NCBI GenBank assembly: GCA_018398765.1
Contig: JAHBMJ010000299.1
Location: forward strand, 1-64,000
DNA from: Chromera velia
Taxonomy: Eukaryota
Length of the DNA stretch: 64,000 bases
Reading direction: 5' to 3'
The translations under genes and the position numbers were made by a program. Below are positions 1-15,490 of the stretch, piece after piece; within the stretch, counting starts at the first letter, position 1, and every line of letters begins with the position of its first letter. The notes beneath the pieces were generated by a model that was given only the letters and a program-made list of their open reading frames with translations, made no database searches and was not told the origin of the DNA.

Positions 1-2062
<2,062 letters not shown>

Positions 2063-2248
2063 TGTGATTGTACACGTTTATTTAGGCGGTGGCCTGGCTA
2101 CGAGTTTAAAATCAGCGAGCAGGTGGACGCAAACTCGGAGTTTCGCTCGATAAGTGACCGATGCCTGCTGTTCCCCACAACTCTCTGACTTCTCGCTGTA
2201 AGCTGTTTAAGGTGCTCTGAAAGGGCCAAGATTCTACAGTTTCTGAGA

Positions 2249-2420
2249 TGCATGCAGTGTCATGCATGCAGGTCGACTGCAAACTGCATGCAGCAGTTTT
2301 CAATTATAACGATCGATGCATGCATGGACGATCCATCGACCGATGCATGCATGCATGCATGCATGCCGCGAAAAAAAAAAATCCATATAGCGATTTCGCG
2401 CGGATTGCGCGCTGCATGCA
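2249..2420. promoter_or_regulatory. TGCATGCA/TGCATG cluster, putative promoter
   Basis: Many overlapping TGCATG(CA) palindromes about 200-350 bp upstream of the ATG at 2062. TGCATGCA is a known ApiAP2-bound motif in apicomplexans. Confidence 0.55.
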
Positions 2421-5402
2421 TTCTTGATCGCGCACGGCTGCCGCGCCTGGCGCATTATGCTTGCTACGTTTCACAGAAATTCAGAGTGTGTCTGTTTATA
2501 CTTTTACGTGATATACTTGTGAATTGAATTGAATTGAGTGTCCTGAAACCTCAGTATCTTGTCCTGAAACTATCACAGAGATGTACATATTAATACATAT
2601 ATAGGGTTTTATCCTTTGTGTGAAAATTCATGCATGACTTGAATTGAGACAGTTAGAGTAAATAAGCACACGACTTAGGCTCTGACCAACTGCGGGGCAT
2701 AACATGCAAGTTCTGTTCACATTTGTCTACTTATAGATTAAAAAGGGCATTTAAAGGCGCTTGCAACACCAAAGTGGCCCGTTATACCAAGAATTGGGTG
2801 GCACCATTTTTAATCCGAGTCATTGACAACTGTAGCAAGGCAGACAAACGAACGACACACTTAGACACACTCTGAACTACCTTCCATTCATCAAAAAGAA
2901 GAAAAAAAGAGATAAGAGAAAAAAACTTACGCTTCACGAGTCAAAAAGCTGGAAACGACTTCAATGATCAATTATTGAGTGCTTGCAAAATAAGTGACCT
3001 TATAGTATGAATGCATTGCATTAAGAAAAAATGAAAAAAATAGAAAGCTAGATAGAAAGCTTATTTTTTAAAAAAATGATTAGTAATTTAACTAACTTCT
3101 AACTTTTTTTTCTTTTATTTCCCCTAAATTTGATTCATCATCATCATATACGGCATCGTTATCAGCTTAGAATCTAGCTTAGAATAGGAATGTATATAAT
3201 AGTGTTAGACTATGTTAGACGGCAACATACGAGGCAGTTTGCAAATGATTAATGCAGTTAACAAAGAACTAATGTTTTGTTATTTCATAGCAAAATTTAA
3301 TAATTTAATGTTATATATATGTTTTTTTAAGAAGCGGCTCTATAGGCTAAGACGTACTAAGTGTCTGCTAGACTAGTATGATGCACTGCTAGATAAGTTA
3401 AAATGACTATACACACTAATGCACACGTACTACACGGACATAAAAAGACGGTCATTTGGGAGACGGTCTTAATGATTCATGAGTGTGTGCCGCTGTATAG
3501 CGCTGTACTTATGTTAAATTAAGCCTTACAAACGTGCAAAAGGTCCCATAGCTAGTCACACAGACGAAACAATGCCAAATAGCGCCATGGCACGGCCTAC
3601 ATGGGTGAAAGATAAGAGCCACGTCACGGCCATATCACTTGATTTCTTTCAATGTGTGAGGGCTATCTGAGAGCTAGCTGAGTAAGGCAGAAAATGACCT
3701 CAGGGAACACTTCGATTCGGAAGTAGTTGTCTCTCCGTCTATCCGTGTCTCTCCGTCTCTCCATCACCAGGCAAAGCGGAGAGGAGGTATTTTTTCCACC
3801 TTCCACTCTGGCAGGCCAAAGGACGGAAACAGTTGAAGCTGTATACAGAATCTTATATAGAAAAACGAAGTTTTTATGCGTATGACGAGTGGTAATGATG
3901 TGTCTTGACGTTGTTAAAGAAAATTTGAAGAGATTCTTCTTCTGCGGACATGTACGTGCACTCAATGCTCTTTAAAATTGACTGTTTGATCACCGTTTGA
4001 CTGCTTTATAGTTACGACTTGCAAAAGAGGACACGGGTTCCCGTGAGATATTCAGAAAGCACCAGTCAGCCGCCAAGCAACGACCTAAATAATATCCGTA
4101 ACTTTGTATCCCCTTTACGACCCTAAGTTCATGTTCCCCCGTGCATTTACAACTGTATAACTCACCGCGATTCTCACCGCGGCGGTGGAGGTTACCGTAA
4201 AAAAAAATTTCTTCTTCTTCCACTTCCCGAACGGGTCTCTGCACACATCACACTGCCCACGATGAGACTCTTTGCTGTGCCCTGCAAGGCTCTTTGTCTG
4301 CAGAAACTTCCAAACTTTCTTTGCAGACCGTCTGGTACCTTTTTTGCCGACTCACCTTCTGAACTCAGTGAGGGGAGAAAGTTTTGATCGAATTCTTGTG
4401 TTCGTCTGAATGATGGTCTCTTCTTATCTGCAGAGCGACATCATCTTAGCCTCCTCCCTCAGGACCCCTCTTACCCCAACTTTGACTCTCCCCGTGGCAA
4501 AAACCTGCGCTAAGGTTTCCTGAAGCGTGTCCCGTATTACGTCTCGGAGCGCCTGCAGATCGATAGAAAGAAAGATGATAGCTAGGGAAAGAAAGGGGAA
4601 GAAACTCAAGATCTATCCATGTACGTACATAAGTCAGTGCATCTCAGTGAGACCATCTGATGATCTAGCACTCATACAGCTAGAGATTGATGGGAAGCAC
4701 CGGCTGCACAGTTTTCTTTCTTTTTGATGAAATGCTGTCTTCTTTACTTTTTAGGCTTATTCGTGGGCCACAATATACTCGGCCCTCGTTTTGCGCGCCG
4801 GCCGATCGAACCTTTTCTTCATTACTCTCCTCTACTATTAAATTGCCTGATTTGTTTCTCTTTCTTCACTGTGTGACAGTGATTACACGCCGGGACTCAT
4901 CCCCATCCAACACTTGCATACTTGCAGGGGATTCAAAAACTGCCACACAAGCATTATAAACTTACCTTCTCATGTTGTCCTTGAGAGACAATCTGTTTTG
5001 CCCACTCGAGGCATTCTGAAGGGAGGAGAGCCAGTCTAACAGATGCATAGACAGCTTCCCACGCCGCCTTAAATCTAACAATTTGGAGACTTCTAGACGC
5101 CTGTGGAATAGTAACTCCCTTGCCATCTGTCTTAAGCTGCATTTGACTGAAAAAGTCCAGAATCTCTCAGTTCTTCACACTGTTCAATACTAGGTCCGAT
5201 ACCTTCTGAATCTATAAAAGAGGCATATATACGAAGGAACTTGGTCAGTCTTCTACCTTTTTTCTATCCACTATACCATTCCTTCTATCTGTTTCCAAGG
5301 CATATCGTCCTCTTCATTCTACATGTGTTTAATTCAGATGTACCTTGCCTTTCTTTGCCCGTTGGTCAGATTGTTTTTCCTCCTAGCTTACCTAAATCTT
5401 TG

Positions 5403-5447
<45 letters not shown>

Positions 5448-6839
5448 ACCATAAACGTCCCCGGTCAGCCAAAAAAAAGGCATACAATCACAGTATGCCC
5501 ATGTGAGACAATGAACTGAAAGAGCCGCGCTGACTCGAACATAATTAGCTCAGGCTGTCAGGCCCCTCGCTGGAATGGATTGAGGGTTGCTCGGCACACA
5601 CAGACTAGCTCTAAGCAAACTAGCTTACAAGGAATACATGCACATTAATTCCTTGACCTTTACATGATAATCTTCACGGGTGCGGGTGCTGGGCAGAGGT
5701 TGTTTGGCACACGTTGCTGCAGAGTTGGACTTCTTAAAAGCATCCTGCAGGGCAGAAAATTGAAGTAAGAGTCAATTTCTGCTTGTAGAATACTGACCAT
5801 TAATTATGGAGTGGCCCAGGGTTATCGTGGTCGCTATGAGTAAACGTTGAGTTGAAGTTCGATTGAAATCTACAAACATGAACTGAGATTCGCCCAGCCT
5901 GTTCTTCTAACTGTCTTTCCGGCTACTTTGAAATTCTCATATCCATCAGTCAACTAAAAGTTTCTACATCTCAATATCTTAATTCTCAAGTAGACCCGAC
6001 TATTCAGCACGCATGGAGTGTCCCTATACAAGTGAAGGCATACTGCATTGCTCCGTCCCATAGCTCTTTATCATTCATCTTCATTCTTGGCGGTCGATCG
6101 AGTTGTTGGCAAACAAAGAGAGGGAGTCTCTGGATTGCTCTGGATGCATGCAAGAATTTGACGAATACATAGGTAACTTGTGTCTATGCCCCGCTGCAAG
6201 GGCCTGGCCAGGCAGTGGGTGCTTCAAGTCTACGGCCCTAGTCTACGGCCAGGGGACCCATACAAACCTGTTTTGTGCAAACCCTTGCAGCGTGATACCT
6301 ATGAAAAGAAGGTAGCAGGCCCAGCAAACTGACTTGACCACTTCAACCTGTATCACTCATAACACTGTTTCCATGAGTCCAGATAGAAGCAGAAAAAAAA
6401 ATATGCCAAGGCCCCTGCAGATCACAATCAAATAGATAAGTGCATGGACGCATATACGAACGTACTTGAGACAACTCACGGAAGCCTTATCTCGCATTTG
6501 ATTCAGTTAGAGAGCCTTCCTGTGATTCTGGTCGGCAGTACCCCAACAAGCTAGTGCCATGATTCAGAACTGCAAATCTTACGACTCCGTGACTGCCGTC
6601 GACCCCTCCCCACCAAAGCTAGACTCCTCTTCTCCCCTCTCCACTTCTTCCTCTGCACTGGTGATCTCTATCTCAGGGCTTTCATCGTCGTCTGCAGAGA
6701 AGAACATGATGCAGATGCAGATGAGAAGGGAAGGGTCGGCATGCACGTCTAATCGCGTGTGTGACTGAATCGAATCCTGCATATGGGCAATGTCATCCGT
6801 ACTTTCTTGCCTTCCTTTCTCCTTGCTTATTCTTGGACG

Positions 6840-7070
<231 letters not shown>

Positions 7071-10030
7071 TGTGACTTTCTCGTTCATGGGGAAGGAGAA
7101 GAACCCTAGAGAAGAACCTGGTATGCAAGAAGAGGGGCGGAGTATTACAGATGAAGCAAAGACATCAAAGTAGTGCATGAGGGAGGAAATCAAAAGAAAA
7201 GATCCTTAAGATCTGTGCAACTTAATTGGCAGACTGTAAAAACAAATCTCTTCCTCCGTACATTTTTAGCAATTAGCGAAGACTCTCGATCAAGCAGAGG
7301 CTCTTGCCTTAATTTTATTGGAGTGCTCATAGAACATGCAATCGCGCTTGCTCCTGAAGTTCCTAACACTTTTCATGGCCCTCGTGTTTGAATTCTTAAG
7401 ATGATCAAGCGTTTGACCTAACTGTCTACCTCCTTTTTTTGCTTTCTTCTTCTACGTGCTGTCTGCCAAGAGTTTTCCTCTCTGTTTGATTGAGTTTATG
7501 GTTCTAACTGCCACCTTTACGACATTCCTTAGCCGGAAATACACAAAAAGAGCAGCACCGACCCACCTGTACAAGCACCGCTGCGCTGTAGTGCGGCTGC
7601 ACCCCGTTTTGTCTCCTAAGTGCAGCTATGATGGTCCATCATGGTCCCTGCAGAGACATACATTGAACGCCCTATCGAAAAACCATGCCGGAGACATATT
7701 AAGAGGAAGGTAAAGAGCCTAAGCTTGCGGTATTCTACAGTAGTAACTGCTCTCGTGCAGTAATGATGAGAAACTATATACGGGAAACGAATGAAAAGGA
7801 AAGGCACCAGCCGGGAGACTCGACAAGAATTAAGTAGCAACAGGAAGCTACAAAAGTTTGTGGTATCCTAATGCTTCTGCACATCTCATGCCACTAACGA
7901 CCACAAAGAAAACCAAGAAAGTCCCCGCTGACCTTCACATCCCAAATCCTTCTGAGACTCAAACTCCCTAAACCAACTTATAGCACAACAAATGGCAGAC
8001 ATATTAGTGAAAAAACAGCCCCTCCCTCCTCTTTGTATGCCGGTCCAAAGCTAAAAAACCCGCTGTAGTCTACAATCTCTGTCGTTCGCGTACCCTTAAT
8101 TAATTGTTTGGCCGGACTACTACAATTAAAAAAGGCAGTAAAGACGGAAATGGGTACACCTGTACACATGGGTTATAAAAGCTAACAAACCTGCCAAATT
8201 GAATGTCACAGTGCCGTCTGCGTTGTGGAGAAACACTGGGAGGGGATGGGCCACCAGGACATTGCACTTCCATCCCTTAGTCGCCGCCGTCTGCCCGTCG
8301 TCCCACATCTGTGCAGCCCTGCCTGCAAGGGACAGAACGTTGACAAGAATCGAAATGGTTGATCGATTTGATAAAGATAATGCATAGATAACTGACTGTA
8401 CTGACAATTGAAACTTTTGTACTAGAAAGTGACTTTTAATTTTCTATATATCACACTAAATTTTATATAAAAAACTAAGTCTTTAAAGCACTTAGAATGA
8501 TTCTATTTATTGTTTCTTACCTGCATGAAAGTATGAACAACTTTTAAAGATAAGGTTTAATGGGTTTGTGGTGTATATGTTCGAAATTGTTGGACGTGAG
8601 TGAGGTGAAAGAGTTATAGTATGTTGATATGTCGGGGAGTGATTGCAGACTCTGCAGGCATATGACAATGCGCAGTGTAATGCACAAATAAGCTAACTTT
8701 TACTTTTAATGGAATACGCTGAATCCGCACACTGATGTAAGGAGGGAGCACACAGCGGGCAACCTCCATGAAAGGTAAGAATGAATGTCCGCAAACAGAT
8801 CTGCCGATTTGACACCCACAGAAAGCAGTTCAACTAAACAAATGTTGAGCACTATGACCGTACAAGAGGTAAATGCTTAGCTTCTGAAAGCCTGATCGAT
8901 CCATCGCCTCTAGCCAGAGGGCCTTGTCCACAACCAGCCATCATAGCGTTCTTGTTTTTTCTGGGTGAGGCCCGGCACTGGCCACTGGGTCTTAGTCCAC
9001 CCAGGAGCCCTACCTCCAAATTCTCATGCAAACAAAAGCTGCGCCTCACTCCCACAACTTCAGATCACCCGAGATTACTAGCCGTAATGCTTCCTCATGA
9101 AACCTAAGCACCGACAAATGGTCCTCCGAGAAAGGCTCAGTCTGACCTGCAGCACAGATATGCAAAAATTTGTAAAGTGGCTCACCTTTTGGCCACCCAG
9201 AGCTGGCCCTCTCATCCAGAAAGCCTTTCTAGCTCCTCATCTAGAGCTTGTTAGAGCATACGCATGGAAGGGATTCAATAGAAGCTTTACTGGGGCAACT
9301 TTGTAGGCCCCTTTGCGTGGAGACGGGCCATGCCCTTCGTGATAGAAGATCGAAATTGCCCTCTCAGGGCAACCAGTAGAATGAATGTTATAAACCCAAG
9401 AAAAAGCAAAGAAGCCAATCCTCTGGGCTTTCGATAAAGCCTATTTTCATTGCTGGACAGCAAGTCTGTGTGATGGGAGAGAGGCAGCACTAGGTCGTGC
9501 TTTGATCGACTTGAAACATTCGATGGAAATCCGATTTTGGGAGCCGATTTTAGATTGGCCAACCATGTGACGGCCCCGGAAGGCAAGCTACGCATTGCAG
9601 GCCAGGGCCCGGCCGGCTACCAAGGCCAAAAAGCACTTCCCGGCTGCACACTGACCCATCAAAATGCCAATCTAAAAAATTCTCAGTCAGGTTTTCAGAA
9701 AGACTTAGTTCTCCTCCAGTCAGAAAGTCGGGTCAACAGAATGGGCCTCTATCCACAAAATCTCGTTGTCAAGCATTCCATTGGATTGTATTGGAAGGCT
9801 TGACAACGATGAAATCATGTTCAGCTTTTTATTCCAGAACTTCATTTTTGGAGGGGTTACAGATTCCGGAGTTTTTCCCCCCTCCGGTATCTGTGTTGGC
9901 TGGACACCTCTGGTTGCTCGTGGGAGTGGTTGCCTCGGTGCAAAGGAGTTGTACAACAACTAGAAGGGTTGGCGGACTGGTTTGGATCGCTCCATCAGGT
10001 TAGTTCGTTTTGTGTTGTTCCACTAGCAAC

Positions 10031-10299
10031 AGGGGGGGGTGGACCCTCTCACAGGGGTACGAAGCTGGCCAATTTAGAACCCCTGGTGGAGGGGGGGGGT
10101 CCAACCTGCTCTGCAAGTTTGCGTCCAAAATATGTCTAAGAGTGTTCCTGCTCTGCAAGTTTGCGTCCAAAATGTGTCTAAGAAACACTCTTAGACACAT
10201 TTTGGACGCAAACTTGCAGAGCAGGTCGGACCCCCCCCCTCTACCAGGGGTTCCAAATTGGCCAGCTTCGTACCCCTGCGAGAGGGTCCACCCCCCCCT
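10031..10299. repeat. Long palindrome: 116-bp inverted arms around a 37-nt loop that duplicates part of the left arm
   Basis: 10031-10146 is the reverse complement of 10184-10299 with about 5 mismatches, all transitions. The loop 10147-10183 repeats about 10105-10141. Confidence 0.95.
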
Positions 10300-10649
10300 C
10301 CCAGTGAGGGAATTGAAAAAATCTTGTTTGCAGAGATGAGCCTTCTTGGTGCATACAGAAGGCTTTGTACGATGTCTGTGAGTGTTTTTGTGTGGCTGCA
10401 ACCTGGCCATTGTGGTTTCTGAATAACTGACTGGTCTGCCCTCGGCAAGGCACAAAACTGCCGTCTCCCTTTACGTGTGTTGTTCACCCCTGCCCCCCTC
10501 TTCTGCTCTTTGCAGGTCGTGGGTCTCCTCCAGGAGATGCTTGTTTTGGTTTCCAGTCCTTCTTCAACTCCTCCAGAGGTAGGTCTTTGCATTTTCGTTA
10601 AGGCCACAGGCTTCAGACTGCGAAAGGGAGCAGCGCCCCTACGTGCCGA

Positions 10650-11400
10650 GCCTATTTTTTTTCTACCTGCCTGACTGCCTCCGAAATTTCGCCCTTCTTG
10701 CCTGCTTGACTACCCTCTAGCTTTCGGCCTTTCTGTCTTGCTAAATGCTTTCCCAATTTCGGCCTTTCCACCCGCCCTATTGCTTTCCTAATTTTGGCCT
10801 TCGCCGCGCTCCCAATTTTGGTGTTCCTGCCTACCCGATTGCCTTCCCAATTTCGGCCTTCTTGCCTGCCTGACTGCCTTCCAGAGTTTTGCATTCCTGC
10901 CATGCTGACTGCTTTCCGATTTTAGCCTTCTTGCCTGCCTGACTGCCCTCCAAATTTCAGTCTTTCTGTCTGCCTCAATGCTTTCCAAATTTTGGCCTTT
11001 CTGTTTGCTTGACTGACTTTGCAATTTCGGCCTTCCTGCTTGTCCGGTTGCCTTCCTAATTTCGGCTTTCCTGCCTGCCTGATTGCTTTCCCTATTTCGG
11101 CCTTCCTTCTTGCCCAAGTTTCCTCCTAACGCTTCCTAATTTTGGTCATCCTGCTTGCCCGATGGCCTTCCCAATTTTATTTTTCCTTCTGGCCCGACTG
11201 TCTTCCCAAGTTCGGCCTTCTTGTATGTCTGACTGCCTCCCAAAGTTCGTTCTTTCTGCCCACATGCCTGCCTTCCAATTTCGGTCTTCTTGGCGGCCTG
11301 ACTGCCTTCCAATTTCAGCCTTCCTGCCCGCTTGATTGCCTTCCCGATTTCGGCCTTCCTGCCCGTCCGATTGCTTTCCCAATTTTGGTCTTCCTGCTTT
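10650..11400. repeat. Degenerate 35-bp minisatellite, about 20 copies
   Basis: Consensus is roughly TTCCCAATTTCGGCCTTCTTGCCTGCCTGACTGCC. AATTTCGGCC-like cores recur at about 10686, 10720, 10755, 10790 and onward. Confidence 0.9.
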
Positions 11401-12660
11401 CATGTATCATTCTGATGCAAATTAAAGATACAGGTTATGTTTGCATGCATGCTTTTATGTGTATTCTGGCGATTCGACTGACTTTCTGTTTGTGTGCACG
11501 TATTTCTGTAGGTGGCGTTTATGGGTGTGCATGTTTGATATATACTGAGATGCTCCCCCCCTCCCCCCCCCTTGCCCCTGACACGCCCGCCGTTGAGCAG
11601 TGCCTCATATGAATTAAAAACAAAACAGTTATGATCATGAAAAGAAATGCTTTAATCGGATCGATTCAGAGCCATTCAGATACATTTCTTATTGTATTTT
11701 TGTCTTAGTGTTAATTTACGATGATAGGTACTAGACAATTTATGGTTTTGAAAAAATATATACTCTATATATACATTTGTTTATTTCATTTTTTAAACAT
11801 CTTACTAAGCTTAAATAGTCTTAAATAAATTATGAAAATCAATTAGTTCAAAGGTTAAACTATCTATTTTAATGTTTTAAAAACTAATTTTTTTAAAGTC
11901 ACTTTCCAGTACAAAAGTTTCAATTGTCAGTACAGTCAGTTAGATAATGCAGAATCACCGTGAATCGTCTCGGACGTTGCAAGCAGACGTTAAAGAACCT
12001 TCCCCAACTCTACGTGCGCGGTCGAGGCTGGGCTTTTGTATCCCGTCTTATCCACCCCTCTCCCGCTAGACTGCATACAGATGAGCATGCATAAGGTCCC
12101 ACAGCAGGCAGCAGCAGTGCTATATGCCAAAAGAAAGAGGCGACTGAATCGACTCCCCCAGACAAACAATTGTTGTATACCGTTGTTCGCGACCCATAGC
12201 TGACAGTGATCATACATATATGCACACAAACGGAACGAGACACGCAATGGTCTTCGGTATAGAAAACTTCCTTGACCGAGTCTAGAGAATCGGGAGCAGA
12301 CCTGTTGAAGTTGTGTCGACATTCAATCTGGTTCTATACCCCACTTGTGCTCTACATTCCCCTTTCTATTTGCTTAAGACCCGTGCACCTGCACACAGAG
12401 AATACAAGAAACCACATTCTTGCGTATGGTCTTTTGATTGATACGCGAGCAACGCAGTAGACAGCTACGGCTCCGATCTCGAGGAAGAAAGCGGAAGCTT
12501 ATCAGTCACTTGCTGCACAATGAATGTGAATCGAATGCAGTGGTTTGATGACAGAAACCGAAAGGGCGGAACCGAACAAGAGACAGGACGGAACAACAAA
12601 GCGGAACCTAGGGCGGAACCGAACGGCAGAAGACTAGACAAGGCAGAAGGAGATGGGGTC

Positions 12661-12676
12661 TCTATTTGTCTGTCTA

Positions 12677-12711
<35 letters not shown>

Positions 12712-12770
12712 CTCTGTCTGTCTGTCTGTCTGTTTGTCTATCTGTTTATCTATCTGTCTGTCTGTCTAGC

Positions 12771-12806
<36 letters not shown>
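12661..12806. repeat. (TCTG)n microsatellite
   Basis: Directly visible. Confidence 0.95.
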
Positions 12807-14139
12807 CGTATTTTTGTGTGAAAGGAAAAAAAAAAGAAATAAAAGAGAAAAAAAAAGTTATAAGTGTTTGTATAAAAAGGAAAAGAGAAGAAAAGAAAGA
12901 AGAAAAAAAAATTATATGGTCTGTTTATCTGTTTGTCTGTCTGTCTGTTTAACTGTTTTACTGTGTGTAAAAGGAGAGAGAAAAACATTTAATGAGAAAA
13001 AGTAGTAATGTAGTCTGTCTATCTGTGTCTATATATCCTTTTCTCTCTGTCTCGCTCTCCGGCCATCTTCGACTTCTCGAATTCCTTCGTTATTTTTTTT
13101 TTTCCTTCGGTTTCGATCTGTCTCCCTCCTTCTGCTCGTTTATTTTTGTTTTTTTTCCCCCTCGGTTTTTCTTTTTCTTTCTTTGCTCTCCAAAACCTCC
13201 AACTGACCTGGTCTCACTGGTCGTGCACCCCCTGGGCGCAAAGCCTAAACAGGAAACAGGAGAATAATGAGAACAGATGCCTGCAGACAAAGAGTAGAAT
13301 TTAATTAATGAGTCACTGAAGGTCCGAACTAGATTTGATTCAATTAGAGACACCAACTGTTTCCAGAGAGAAAGAGGAGCTCCACATAGACACACAGTTG
13401 CTTATACGTACAGTTGCGGAATTTTTATATTATAAACCATACATGAAAGTGTGTTCATATTGTTTATCATTCATATTGAACTTGAATTCTAAGTTTATAT
13501 TTTCTATGTTAAAAAATAAAAATAGTTAATGTTGAATATATTAGAGGTATTAATACAAAGTAATAGGTTGGTAATGAGTTGTATAACTTAGTATAACTTC
13601 TTTCAAAGATTTTAAATTCATTTATATAAGTATTAAAATACTGTACATCATATTAAATATGCATAAAAAAACATAAAAATGTTATTAATAGTCCTTTAAA
13701 CACCCTAGAGCACCTAAAAAAATTAAATTTTTGTTTTATAGGCAATTATTGGTAATTGATTACAACTATTGCAACCTTTGTTTGTATCAAACTAGTCAAA
13801 GCAATTTATTTGCAATTTATTTGTTCAATGCACTGTCCAGGACCAGGACCCCTGGAGTTGAGCTCTCATGGAACGGACATGCAAGTACATGCTGTCGCGT
13901 AAAAACCCAGGACTTGTCGCTTCACTCGATCTGCGTTTGACAAGAATTGGTGCCTCTTTTCTTCTAACCTTTGTGTAATGAACAGCTTACTGTGTGGAAA
14001 AATGGTCGTCTTCTATTCCTTTCCTTCATGTAGTACCAAAGCCCTGGTCTCTTTCTTTTTTTTACGTCGGAAAGTATGTAAAATGTTCTCTCAGCTGAAC
14101 GTCCCCTCAATGAATCATTCTCTTCAAGTCGCAAACTGA

Positions 14140-15209
14140 GGAAGTATGGGTGGAATAAAATTTCCCTTGCAGAAGGGCGCTCAGTCTAGCGCTCAGTTTA
14201 CTGCCAGCGTATGAGATACGTGAGAACGTCAACGCACTCCTAGGTAATGTCAGGAAGCAGACTTGCAATTGTCGTGGGGGGGAGTTTACAGATGTGGTAC
14301 GGTTGGGCCTCTTTGGGTTCAGTCACAGAGAGACCAAGAGCATTGGCTTTCGCCCATAACAAAAACCTCAATCACGCTTTCGCCCTCCACTGCTGTTTCA
14401 CATACAGTAACTCAGGGGGCTCTCCCAGGACCTGTGTCTGTCGACTGTATACCTCAGCTTCAGAATCCCCTGGAAAGGCTGGATATCCCGAGAGAAGCTC
14501 GCACCACATGTATCCTCCACTCCAGACGTCCATCGACGACGTGTAAGTGCTATATATTTGTCAACAGAGCCTCTGGCGAACAATACCATAGCGTACCAGC
14601 CCCGTCATTGACAGTGCTTGGATTTTCATTCCCACCGTGATGGGCCCACCCAATGCGTTATTTTTGATGAGCACATTGTCGGGTTTCAAATCCCTGTGCC
14701 AAATACCTCTTTGGTACATGTAATGGAGGGCACTGATTACTTGAAACATCATCCATTTGACCACACTCTCATGTGTTGTTGCAGCAATGGAAACAGCCAA
14801 GAGGAAACTTGGAGATGGGAGGATTGATGAGAGAGTGGTGCTCCATGGTGTCTGTTGCCATCGCTGCACCACCTCGCGAAGTCACTCTTCCATCAGTTCA
14901 AGCACAAGACCCGCCACAAAGTTGTTTAACCCCGAAGAAGTCGAGGAGACTTCAGCATTCCAGAGCCGTACAACATGTGGATAGTTGCAAAGGGATTCGA
15001 ATGATCTAACCTCCATGCGAATGAGGCTCTCGGCGTCCTCTTGAGTTGTCCAGACCCCTTTAAACAGCTTAACGGCATATTTGTGACCAGACACTATACT
15101 GGTGGCCTCATACACCCATGCACTTACTCCCTCACCAAGCATACGGCCCAGCTGGAGTGTGCCATGCAGGATCTAGCAGGATCAGACTAGTCACCGTGTT
15201 GGAATCCAT
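14140..15209 (-). pseudogene. Decayed, apparently intronless Ser/Thr kinase of CMGC (CDK/MAPK-like) type
   Basis: Subdomains appear in order across frames: LGEGVSAWVY, YAVKLF, HPHVVRL-like (YPHVVRL), LVLELM, WHRDLKPDNVLI, GTLWYCSPE, MDVWSGG, FPGDSE, ERPSAREILFHPYF. There is an in-frame TGA at 14882-14884, at least two frameshifts, and no recognisable DFG. Confidence 0.85.
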
Positions 15210-15416
15210 CCTGCACCATCCACACTTCCACACTTCCTCTGCTCACATTTCCGTCTCCACGTTCAAAACTGATGATTAATGAACGGTCCCTCAGAAAGAC
15301 TCATATATACTTGAATCTGAATCTGAATGTGTACATATATACATTTAAATGTGTCTCGTATAGTACGTGTCTCGATATGAATGATCGATGTATTGATTGA
15401 CATATTTGCATGATTG

Positions 15417-15451
<35 letters not shown>

Positions 15452-15456
15452 TGATC

Positions 15457-15488
<32 letters not shown>

Positions 15489-15490
<2 letters not shown>

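Larger units (their letters stand above)
8391..11940. mobile_element. Non-autonomous TIR element (3550 bp) with ~56-bp TIRs and 6-bp TSD TAGATA
   Basis: The left end ACTGACTGTACTGACAATTGAAACTTTTGTACTAGAAAGTGACTTT (from 8391) is the reverse complement of about 11895-11940 with 1 mismatch. TAGATA flanks both ends (8385-8390 and 11941-11946). No transposase ORF inside. Confidence 0.88.

Noticed and set aside
10650..11400. CRISPR-like periodic array
   Set aside because: The units are head-to-tail and degenerate with no unique spacers, there are no cas genes, and the context is eukaryotic.
13787..13800. Shorter CTAG-centred duplications (TCAAA here; also about 19951, 22785, 56303)
   Set aside because: Matches of 5 bp, or with several mismatches in low-complexity DNA, could be chance, so they are not counted among the scars.
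14882..14884. In-frame TGA as recoding (selenocysteine or an alternative code)
   Set aside because: The same locus also has frameshifts and other stops, so decay is the simpler explanation. Intact genes here use TGA as a stop (e.g. at 24857).
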